Under the pieces are notes generated by a model. That model did no database searches. It was given only the letters and a program-made list of their open reading frames with translations, and was not told where the DNA came from. From NCBI GenBank assembly GCA_018650795.1, contig JABIFG010000141.1:12902-76901 (forward strand): a DNA stretch of 64,000 bases, in the 5' to 3' direction. Both the position numbers and the translations under genes were made by a program. The DNA is from Fidelibacterota bacterium (lineage in GTDB: Bacteria; Fidelibacterota; UBA8477; JABMPR01). Below, piece after piece: positions 26,676 to 34,334 of this stretch (position 1 is its first letter; every line of letters starts with the position of its first letter).

Positions 26676-26693
26676 TTTTAGATAGAATTAGTG

Positions 26694-26829
26694 CTTTCTA
26701 ACGCTCTAGGCTTGAGCTGCTTCATGAGAAGTGTTCAAAACAGATTCGGTACCCTGTATGCGTGATATCAATTTCAGTTTCCCCCGAAATGAGTGTGAGT
26801 CAGCTCTAAGCCTTTGTTAGAAACCCCTG
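26694..26829 (-). repeat. attC-like repeat copy 1 (well-folding)
   Basis: Three segments pair: TTTCTAAC (26695-702) with GTTAGAAA (26816-823), AGGCTT (26708-713) with AAGCCT (26808-813), and GAGCTG (26714-719) with CAGCTC (26801-806). They are interrupted by an internal loop (GCTCT vs TT) and one bulged base (26807). This is an R-box / unpaired spacer / L-box with an extrahelical base, around an ~80-nt variable centre. Confidence 0.65.
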
Positions 26830-26864
26830 AATATAGCAATAATTACTATTACTCAGAATGTTTA

Positions 26865-27134
26865 TCAATGTGAATCGTAATGTCCACCAATGGCAAAGAT
26901 GTAAATGGATTTGTCATCATATTTATAAATTACTCTATCCCCTTTAGACAATCTCCGTGACCAAAACCCTTTAAGGTTGTGTCTGAGTTGTTCAGGCTTG
27001 CCTAATCCGTGTGATGGATCGCCTCTTTGCATTTCTTGGATAATCTTACACAGATTCGTGTGTAGTTTTTTGTCCTTCTTTCGAAGTTCTTCATATTTTG
27101 ACCAGCTTTTACCTTCAAATACTATTGATCTCAT
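26865..27134 (-). CDS. yoeB: YoeB/Txe family toxin (ribosome-dependent mRNA interferase)
   Basis: ...GLGKPEQLRHNLKGFWSRRLSKGDRVIYKYDDKSIYIFAIGGHY closely parallels E. coli YoeB (GKGKPEPLKHNLSGFWSRRI...HRLVY...HY). Confidence 0.9.
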   Translation of the reverse strand: MRSIVFEGKSWSKYEELRKKDKKLHTNLCKIIQEMQRGDPSHGLGKPEQLRHNLKGFWSRRLSKGDRVIYKYDDKSIYIFAIGGHYDSH

Positions 27135-27387
27135 CTAATTCCTCAGAAGTTGGGGAATATCCTGATCCCGTAGTATGAGTTTCAATGGATTCGATAATTT
27201 GTGCCGAAAGAGATGAGTTCTGAAGCACAAATAGGGTTTCTTGCTCCCTCTCCCAATCCTCAGCACTTTGTACAACAAAATCTTTACCGGCACGTCTTTT
27301 AACACGAATGCTAGAGTGCTCAGAAAGCGCTTGATCCACAAAGGCTTTTATATTTGCCCTAAACTGGTTTACTGAGACTTCAATCAT
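27115..27387 (-). CDS. yefM: YefM/Phd family antitoxin
   Basis: 90 aa with a Phd/YefM-type N-terminus (SVNQFRANIKAFVDQAL..SSIRVKRRAGKDFVVQSAEDWEREQETLFVLQNS). Overlaps yoeB by 20 nt. Confidence 0.85.
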   Translation of the reverse strand: MIEVSVNQFRANIKAFVDQALSEHSSIRVKRRAGKDFVVQSAEDWEREQETLFVLQNSSLSAQIIESIETHTTGSGYSPTSEELDEINSI

Positions 27388-27415
27388 TATAAGCTCCTTT
27401 CATATTTCGCCCATA

Positions 27416-27436
27416 ATGTACCATATTGCGGTACAT
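27416..27436. promoter_or_regulatory. putative YefM-YoeB operator palindrome
   Basis: ATGTACC-N7-GGTACAT lies 29-49 nt upstream of the yefM start. The E. coli yefM-yoeB operator is built on TGTACA-type palindromes. Confidence 0.5.
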
Positions 27437-27909
27437 ATCACAAGATAACATTTAACAATCACAAACTATCCTTGGGGTGTTTCTAACAGTGTTTATACGG
27501 TCTCGTATAAGACGAACCAAACGCCCAAACGCCCGTATAATTTTTTTTATTGTTTGCGTAAGTTTCTGTTATTCAACAGTCTATCCTTAGTCCGTTTTTA
27601 TCGCGGAATTTTATCATGACCGCATAAATAGCTCGCCTCAGCTCCACAAGCGCCGAGTGTATTTTGTTATGGCCTGTAAATGCTGTGTTTTGCACAAGAA
27701 CCCCCGTCCCTGGTTTATATCATACGCGAATCTAGACCTTCTGTCTATTTAATCAAGAGCTCAGTTCTTCAGGCTTCTTGAAGGCGACTGAAAGTCAAAG
27801 CGGAAGTCCCAAAATATGAGAGATATGCTCTAGATTATTGAGTCTTACCTGAATACCTTAGATGCTGTAAAAAAAATAATCTTGTGTTTGGAAAGGGTAA
27901 AAGTCATCC

Positions 27910-28980
27910 ATGGCCAGTAAAGGCATGAAAATAGCCGAAGCACTCAAACATCTCGGTCTTGAAAAAACTGCTGACGCTAATGATGTCAAGCTAGCCTATC
28001 GTGATCTGGCCAAAATCTGGCACCCCGACCGCTTTCAAAACGATGAACGAGTTGGTGCCAAAGCAGAAGCCCAGATCAAAATCATCAATGAAGCCAAAAC
28101 GGTGGCCCTCAACTATGTTGAGAAATATGGTCATTTCCGACACGTCAAGGATGATAATGCGGGTGCCGGTATGGGCTTTGAGCCCCCCAGGCCACCCCCC
28201 AGATACCAACAGCAACAAGCCAGACCACGCCCTAGACCACAGCCAGAACCGGAACCACCACCGCGAAAAGAACCCCCCAAGCCGCCCCCAAAAAAGGAAC
28301 GGCCCAAACCACCACCACGGTCCAAGCCGGAACCTGATGTCTTTGAAGAATCCATGTCCTTTAGTGATTATTTGCCTGGCTCAACCTCTCTTTTTGTAGC
28401 CACTATCCTGATTATCCTGATAGGCTTCTTTTTTATGCTGGGTTCTTCACTCTTCAACTCACCAGTGGATCGTTTTAAAGAGTATGCCGAAAGACCAACT
28501 CTCCAGAGTGCTGCCAGAGTTAAAGCCATGCAACAGCGCGAGGCTGAGGCAACCCGGACAAAAGCCGCTGTAAAAAAAGAAGAGCCTGTAGCTGAAGTGG
28601 TCATTTTAGATACTTTTTTTACACTGGGCTCTGACAAAGACTGGGTTTCTGAGGTTCAAGGTCCGCCCCTGCAGATCAAAGGGCTGGAGTGGCGCTATGG
28701 TTTCTCCACAGTTCAGTTCGATGGTGACAAAGTGGTTTCCTGGATATCTTCAGAATTAAATCCACTGAAGGTTGGAATGATTCTGGATCCCAATCGCTTC
28801 TATTCCGATCGTTATTTCAGCACAGGCTCCAAAAAGGATGAGGTGGCTGCCATCCAGGGCGCTCCGGATATTATTGAACCCAACAGGTGGACCTATGGTG
28901 ATGCCTGGGTAGAATTTGATTCAGATACGGTAGTGACTTGGCAGAACGATCAATCCATTCGTCTTGCTATCCGCTATTAA
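27910..28980 (+). CDS. J-domain (DnaJ-like) membrane protein with Pro-rich linker and duplicated C-terminal domain
   Basis: J-domain with an HPD motif (AYRDLAKIWHPDRFQNDE). The linker is RPRPRPQPEPEPPPRKEPPKPPPKKERPKPPPRSKPEP. One TM helix (LFVATILIILIGFFFMLGSSLF). Two related ~50-aa C-terminal repeats (FTLGSDKDWVSEVQGPP..WRYG...VQFDGDKVVSW and FSTGSKKDEVAAIQGAP..WTYGDAWVEFDSDTVVTW). Confidence 0.75.
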   Translation: MASKGMKIAEALKHLGLEKTADANDVKLAYRDLAKIWHPDRFQNDERVGAKAEAQIKIINEAKTVALNYVEKYGHFRHVKDDNAGAGMGFEPPRPPPRYQQQQARPRPRPQPEPEPPPRKEPPKPPPKKERPKPPPRSKPEPDVFEESMSFSDYLPGSTSLFVATILIILIGFFFMLGSSLFNSPVDRFKEYAERPTLQSAARVKAMQQREAEATRTKAAVKKEEPVAEVVILDTFFTLGSDKDWVSEVQGPPLQIKGLEWRYGFSTVQFDGDKVVSWISSELNPLKVGMILDPNRFYSDRYFSTGSKKDEVAAIQGAPDIIEPNRWTYGDAWVEFDSDTVVTWQNDQSIRLAIRY

Positions 28981-29335
28981 CCACTCCGTGCCAAGGCTTC
29001 GGGTGGCAGGCCATCCCGCTTCAATTTTCAAATCCACTTCGTGTTCATTCGTCAGATTTGTGCCATTCGTGTCTAATAGCTTTGGCGCTGGCACAGGAGG
29101 GCACACCCCAACCTATATCTGTATACCAATGTGCCCACTCTACAGCAGCCCCACAAACTCATAAAACGCAATAACTCATTACACCTTATCAGTTTCCCCT
29201 TACACCACCCCAACACCGCGTCTAAATTCATAGCTTGAAAATTTAGAGATTTGCAGATGGAATTCAGTTGCAGGGTAAAAAACATCTCTGCGGCCTCTGC
29301 GCTCTCTGTGGTTATTAAAAAGGTTGATACATAGC

Positions 29336-31996
29336 ATGACACAAGAACTCAGTAAACGTTACGACGCCTCACTCATTGAGGACAAATGGTACCAGCATTG
29401 GTTGGAGCAAAACTACTTTCATTCCCAGCCCGATGATACCAAAGAACCCTATACCATAGTCATCCCGCCACCCAATGTGACAGGAATTCTGACCCTGGGA
29501 CATGTTCTCAATAATACCATGCAGGATATTCTCATTCGCTGGCGACGCATGCAGGGTCGTGAAGCCTGTTGGATTCCTGGTACTGATCATGCTTCCATTG
29601 CCACAGAAACCAAAGTTGTGAACATGCTTCGCGAAAAAGGCATCACCAAACATGAGATTGGTCGAGACGCCTTCCTGGAACATGCCTGGGAATGGAAAGA
29701 GAAATACGGTGGAATCATCATTGAACAGCTCAAAAAGCTGGGCGCCTCCTGTGATTGGGAGCGAGAACGCTTCACCATGGACGATGACTATTACAAGGCT
29801 GTCCTCCACTCCTTTGTTGAACTCTATAACGCTGGTTATATTTATCGTGGAAAACGCCTGGTCAACTGGTGCCCCAAAACCAAATCAGCCATTTCAGATG
29901 AAGAAGTCATCTACCAGGAACGCAACAGCCATCTCTGGCATATGCGCTATCCCATCAAAGATTCACATGAATTTCTCGTTGTAGCTACCACCCGCCCTGA
30001 AACGATGCTGGGTGACACTGGCGTGGCTGTTCATCCCGATGACGAACGCTATCAACATCTTATTGGCAAGCATGTCGTGCTGCCCCTGGTTGGACGTGAA
30101 ATTCCCATTTTCGCTGATGAATACGTCGACAAGGAATTTGGAACGGGCTGTGTCAAAGTGACACCATCCCATGATCCTAATGACTGGGAGATGGGCAAGC
30201 GGCACAACTTGGAATTCATCAATATTTTTAATGAAGATGCCAGCCTGAATAGCAACGTGCCGGGCAAGTTTATCGGTCTGGATCGTTTTGAAGCACGTGA
30301 AGTAGTGATCGAACAGCTTAAAGAGCTGGACCTCATGGAAAAGATCGAAGAACATGTTCACAAGGTAGGTTACTCCGAACGTGGCAATGTGCCCATCGAG
30401 CCCTACGCGTCAGAACAGTGGTTTATGAATATGACTGAGCTGGTCAAACCTGCCTTGCAAGCGGTTCGGGATGATAAAATCAAGTTTCATCCTGCTCACT
30501 GGACCAAGACCTATGAACACTGGATGACCAACATCAAAGACTGGTGCATCAGTCGTCAACTCTGGTGGGGTCACCGTATTCCTGTGTATACTTGTCAGGA
30601 CTGTAATGAGCTGACGGTTCAAGTTGAAAGTCCTATCAATTGTAGCAAATGTGGATCAGACAATCTCAAACAGGATGAAGATGTGTTGGACACCTGGTCC
30701 TCTTCCTGGTTATGGCCTTTTGCAGTCCATCAATGGCCAGAAGACAGCCAGGATCTCGACTATTATTATCCTACCAATGATCTGGTTACCGGCCCTGATA
30801 TCATTTTTTTCTGGGTAGCTCGCATGATCATGGCAGGTGCTCAGTTCAAGGGTGATATTCCTTTTGAGAATGTTTATTTCACTAGCATCATACGGGACAG
30901 TGATGGCCGCAAAATGTCCAAGTCCCTGGGGAATTCACCCGACCCATTGGATTTGATTGAAAAATATGGAGCCGATGCCCTGCGCTTTGGTGTCATGCTC
31001 ATCGCCCCCAAAGGGCAGGATATCCTCTTTGCCGAGGAACGCCTGGATGTGGCTCGCAACTTTATGAACAAGGTCTGGAATGCCAGTCGCTTTGTGCTCA
31101 TGAACAAGGATTTTGAGCTTACTGCCGATCATCTCAACCCTGAGAAATGGCAGGATCTGGAACTGCCTGATCGCTGGATTTTGCATCGTCTGAATGGAAC
31201 CATATTACGGGTTACCAAACAGCTGGAAAGCTTCTCTTTTGATGAAACAGCCCGTTCACTGTGGGACTTTATCTGGAATGATTTCTGTGACTGGTACATC
31301 GAGATGATCAAGCTACGTTTGTATGAAGGGACAGAAACCCAGAAACAGACCGCCATGTCCGTTGCCATTTATGTACTTCGGGATATCATGAAAATGCTCC
31401 ATCCCTACGCACCCTTTATGAGCGAAGAAATCTGGCAGCAGGTCAAGCTGGCTGACGAACCTGATCTGATTGTTGCCGATTGGCCAACTGTCACGGATGC
31501 ATTTCATGCCCCGTCAGAAGCCAAAGAAACCGATTTTTTGAAAAAGGTGATCACCGCAGTGCGTACCATTCGCTCCGAGATGAATGTTCCGCCATCACAG
31601 GGTATCAAGCTGGTGGGTCGTGTACACAGCCAGGCTCAGTTGGATATTTTGACCAAAACGAGGGAGACCATTGCCAAGCTCATCCGCTGTGATGAGATCA
31701 CTCTGGGTCTTGATGTGGAGAAGCCGGGTTTCGCGGCCTCTGCCATGGTGGAAAAAATGGAATTGTTTATCCCCCTGGAGGGACTCATTGATTTAGACAA
31801 AGAAATTGAGCGTCTCGAGAAGGAAATTGCCACAACAGAAGGTCTGTTAAAGTCGGTTCAGGGCAAGCTGGCTAATAAAAACTTTGTGGATCGTGCCCCG
31901 GAAGCCGTGGTTACTAAAGAGCGGGACAAGCTGGATCATTATGCCCAGTCCCTCGATAAGCTAAGAGAGCATCTTGAAACCATGAAGGCGCTGTAA
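29336..31996 (+). CDS. valS: valine--tRNA ligase
   Basis: Class I motifs PPPNVTGILTLGHV (HIGH-type) and KMSKSLGN. Also has a CP1 editing domain, a zinc-knuckle (CQDCN...CSKCG) and a C-terminal coiled coil. The ATG at 29336 is preferred over the track's TTG at 29324. Confidence 0.97.
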   Translation: MTQELSKRYDASLIEDKWYQHWLEQNYFHSQPDDTKEPYTIVIPPPNVTGILTLGHVLNNTMQDILIRWRRMQGREACWIPGTDHASIATETKVVNMLREKGITKHEIGRDAFLEHAWEWKEKYGGIIIEQLKKLGASCDWERERFTMDDDYYKAVLHSFVELYNAGYIYRGKRLVNWCPKTKSAISDEEVIYQERNSHLWHMRYPIKDSHEFLVVATTRPETMLGDTGVAVHPDDERYQHLIGKHVVLPLVGREIPIFADEYVDKEFGTGCVKVTPSHDPNDWEMGKRHNLEFINIFNEDASLNSNVPGKFIGLDRFEAREVVIEQLKELDLMEKIEEHVHKVGYSERGNVPIEPYASEQWFMNMTELVKPALQAVRDDKIKFHPAHWTKTYEHWMTNIKDWCISRQLWWGHRIPVYTCQDCNELTVQVESPINCSKCGSDNLKQDEDVLDTWSSSWLWPFAVHQWPEDSQDLDYYYPTNDLVTGPDIIFFWVARMIMAGAQFKGDIPFENVYFTSIIRDSDGRKMSKSLGNSPDPLDLIEKYGADALRFGVMLIAPKGQDILFAEERLDVARNFMNKVWNASRFVLMNKDFELTADHLNPEKWQDLELPDRWILHRLNGTILRVTKQLESFSFDETARSLWDFIWNDFCDWYIEMIKLRLYEGTETQKQTAMSVAIYVLRDIMKMLHPYAPFMSEEIWQQVKLADEPDLIVADWPTVTDAFHAPSEAKETDFLKKVITAVRTIRSEMNVPPSQGIKLVGRVHSQAQLDILTKTRETIAKLIRCDEITLGLDVEKPGFAASAMVEKMELFIPLEGLIDLDKEIERLEKEIATTEGLLKSVQGKLANKNFVDRAPEAVVTKERDKLDHYAQSLDKLREHLETMKAL

Positions 31997-32002
31997 AGAA
32001 TA

Positions 32003-32087
32003 TGTCCCCCTTAGCCTGTCGAAGGGTTGGTCACGGGAAATGGTTGAACCAATAATTGATTTGTGTCATCCTGAGCTTGTCGAAGGA
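32003..32087 (+). repeat. two REP-like repeat units upstream of / overlapping the GIY-YIG ORF
   Basis: TTAGCCTGTCGAAGGG (32011-32026) and GTCATCCTGAGCTTGTCGAAGGA (32065-32087). Same family as the repeats at 5.8, 14.7 and 16.6 kb. Confidence 0.8.
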
Positions 32088-32118
32088 TAGACACCTCAAC
32101 CCAAGAGACAATTCAAAA

Positions 32119-32457
32119 GTGAAAACCTATTGCGTCTATATTTTGAAATGTGCAAATCAAAGCTACTATACTGGCATCACAAGCAGATTGGATGAAAAAA
32201 TATTTGAGCATCAGTCAGGTCAGGACCCTAAGTCCTATACTTTTAATAAACGACCTGTCGAGTTAGTTTTTTCTGCTGACTTTTCAGAAGTAAATGATGC
32301 AATTGCTTTTGAAAAACAGATCAAAGCCTGGAGAAGAGATAAGAAAACAGCCCTTATTGAAGGTAGGATTGACGCGTTACCCGAATTATCCAAAAACTAT
32401 TCCACTAAAACTGATAGCTCCGGCGTGTCCACTTCGACAGGCTCAGCGAGACACTGA
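32119..32457 (+). CDS. GIY-YIG (URI-domain, YhbQ-like) nuclease family protein
   Basis: YCVYILKCANQSYYTGITSRLDEKIFEHQSG...AIAFEKQIKAWRRDKK is the GIY-YIG/COG2827 signature. The track start at 32056 adds MICVILSLSKD, which is translated repeat sequence. The in-frame GTG at 32119 is a more plausible start, and the C-terminal ~10 codons also run into a repeat. Confidence 0.75.
   Translation: MKTYCVYILKCANQSYYTGITSRLDEKIFEHQSGQDPKSYTFNKRPVELVFSADFSEVNDAIAFEKQIKAWRRDKKTALIEGRIDALPELSKNYSTKTDSSGVSTSTGSARH
32429..32454 (-). repeat. REP-like repeat unit, inverted relative to 32065-32087
   Basis: The minus strand reads GTGTCTCGCTGAGCCTGTCGAAGTGG, compared with GTGTCATCCTGAGCTTGTCGAAGGAT at 32063-32088 (about 20 of 26 identical). 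Confidence 0.75.
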
Positions 32458-32468
32458 TAAGGATCCAT

Positions 32469-34103
32469 ATGGGCACCATTAAAAAAGCATTTCTACTTCT
32501 CCTTATACTTCTCCTGGTTGCCTGCAAACCCGAGCAAAAACCCCGCCTGGTTGTCGTCATATCAGTCGACCACCTCGCCTATTTTGCCTATGATCATTAC
32601 CGACCCGTTTTCACGGGGGGCTTTAAATGGCTGGATGATCATGGCACCAGTTTCGACAATGCCCACCATGAACATGGTTATTGTTCCACTGGTCCTGGAC
32701 ACTTTGTTTTAGGGTCCGGGTTACATCCTGGCCCAGCAGGTATAATTGGTAATAATTGGTATGATCGGGTCAATAAAAAAGATGTGTATTGCGTAGAAGA
32801 TCCAGAAGTCAATGAACTGGATATTCCAGCGAACCATATGTCCTATAATAAGGTCAATGGCACAAGTTATGGAGATTGGCTCAAGGCTGTCTCGCCTAAG
32901 TCAAAAGTTTATGGCGTATCCTGCAAAGACCGAGCTTCCATTATGATGTCTGGCAAAAATCCTGATCTGGCTCTCTGGTATAATTGGAGAGGATCATTTA
33001 CCACCACTGACTATTACACGGATGTCATTCCAGAATGGCTCATAGACTTTAACGAGAATCTCAATATCCTGGGTTATCGGGATTCAGTCTGGACCACAGA
33101 TCTTGACCCCCAACTCCTAGCTGAGTATACCCATGGTGATTCCTTTTATGGTGAAAGCGATCGCTTTGAGAAAACCAATTATAGCCCGGTTTTCCCGATT
33201 GGTTTTGAAGCGGAGTGGGATGATGCCAAGGTCAGAAATGAAATCGCCAGTCGTCCCTGGATGGATCGCATGACCCTGGAACTGGCAGCCACTATCGTTC
33301 GAGAAACTGATTTGGGTCAGGATGGGACCCCAGACATCCTGAATATCGGTTTATCCACCATGGATTTACTGGCCCACTATTATGGCCCATTTTCCCATGA
33401 AGTCATGGACCACCTCACCAGGGTTGATGATTATATCATGACATTTATTGATTTCCTGGATCAGGAAGTAGGGCTGGAGCACGTGGTGTTCGTCCTCACT
33501 GCTGATCATGGTGGTTTGCCCCTGCCTGAACATTGGACCCATGTCCAGAATAACCCAGGTGGTCGTGTAGATGAAGAGCTCTATCTTGCTACTCGGGCCA
33601 AAGCCTACGCCGAACTTGATTCGCTCTACGGGAATCATGATTTCATCCACCGCAAAGGCTCTAGCTACTATTATGATTTTGCGATGATGGATACATTGGG
33701 AGTCCAACAGGCCGTGGTAGATTCTATGCTTCAGACCTATATGGAATCTATCGAGGGCGTTTACCGTCTCTATACCAAGACAGAATTATTAGCCGCCACT
33801 TCTGATGATTATCGCTCTTATCGTCTAAGAAATTTCATGCATCCCCAATTGAGCCCTGATGTATATACCTTGATTGAAGAAGGATGGTTATTCCGTAATC
33901 CCTACGGGACTTCCCACAGTACGCCTTACGAATATGACAGTCATGTTCCTTTGGTTTTTAGCTCGGTGCATATGCGGCAGGTTAGTCTTATGGATTCCGT
34001 GGCTACAGTAGATATAGCACCTACAATAGGTGATATTCTCGGTGTGGAGCCCTTGAATAAAGTGGCTGGCAAAAGCCTGCTACCCCTCTTGATTTCTAAC
34101 TAA
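32469..34103 (+). CDS. alkaline-phosphatase superfamily lipoprotein (type I phosphodiesterase / nucleotide pyrophosphatase family)
   Basis: Lipobox LLLVAC. Metal and nucleophile motifs VVVISVDHLAYF, GYCSTGPGHFVLGSG, LTADHGG and YDSHVPLVF. Confidence 0.75.
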   Translation: MGTIKKAFLLLLILLLVACKPEQKPRLVVVISVDHLAYFAYDHYRPVFTGGFKWLDDHGTSFDNAHHEHGYCSTGPGHFVLGSGLHPGPAGIIGNNWYDRVNKKDVYCVEDPEVNELDIPANHMSYNKVNGTSYGDWLKAVSPKSKVYGVSCKDRASIMMSGKNPDLALWYNWRGSFTTTDYYTDVIPEWLIDFNENLNILGYRDSVWTTDLDPQLLAEYTHGDSFYGESDRFEKTNYSPVFPIGFEAEWDDAKVRNEIASRPWMDRMTLELAATIVRETDLGQDGTPDILNIGLSTMDLLAHYYGPFSHEVMDHLTRVDDYIMTFIDFLDQEVGLEHVVFVLTADHGGLPLPEHWTHVQNNPGGRVDEELYLATRAKAYAELDSLYGNHDFIHRKGSSYYYDFAMMDTLGVQQAVVDSMLQTYMESIEGVYRLYTKTELLAATSDDYRSYRLRNFMHPQLSPDVYTLIEEGWLFRNPYGTSHSTPYEYDSHVPLVFSSVHMRQVSLMDSVATVDIAPTIGDILGVEPLNKVAGKSLLPLLISN

Positions 34104-34334
34104 TATTCTCACGCCAGCAATTACAAAACATCTCTCGTAGAGATGTTGAGTTGTGCCCTAAATCATTGTTATCAACAACCAAGTCCTTATATTTGATTTT
34201 ATTTGCATTTGCAGTAGTTCCCCGTAAAAATCGGGGATAAATACTGTCTATCTGATTTGGTGTCATGCCGGTGTGCATACCGGGCGGATACTGCAGTATA
34301 GCCACGACCTTAACCGGGCATCGGGAGGTGTTTT

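Larger units (their letters stand above)
24135..27491 (-). mobile_element. integron-type gene-cassette array without adjacent integrase (CALIN-like), at least 3 cassettes
   Basis: Three co-oriented units each follow the pattern ORF plus attC-like site. Each cassette's 5' boundary (G|TTAGAAACACCCC at 27486, G|TTAGAAAGCAC at 26699) is complementary to the R'' box at the 3' end of the same cassette, as expected for circularly permuted integron cassettes. The block looks AT-richer than its flanks by eye. Confidence 0.55.

Noticed and set aside
27490-27909. A remnant of an integron integrase or attI next to the cassette array.
   Set aside because: There is no ORF of 60 aa or more and no tyrosine-recombinase-like motif in any frame that I can see. 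The region is only ~420 bp. I left it as 'not found' rather than claiming a complete integron.
28001-28399. ORFs 28131-28355 (-, Gly-rich) and 28001-28399 (+, alternative frame).
   Set aside because: These are frame or antisense shadows of the CCN-rich Pro/Lys spacer of the J-domain gene. They have no independent coding signal.
29005-29060. tRNA-Sec candidate around TTTTCAAATCC (UCA anticodon-loop look-alike) upstream of valS.
   Set aside because: The flanking bases cannot form an anticodon stem, acceptor stem or T-arm.
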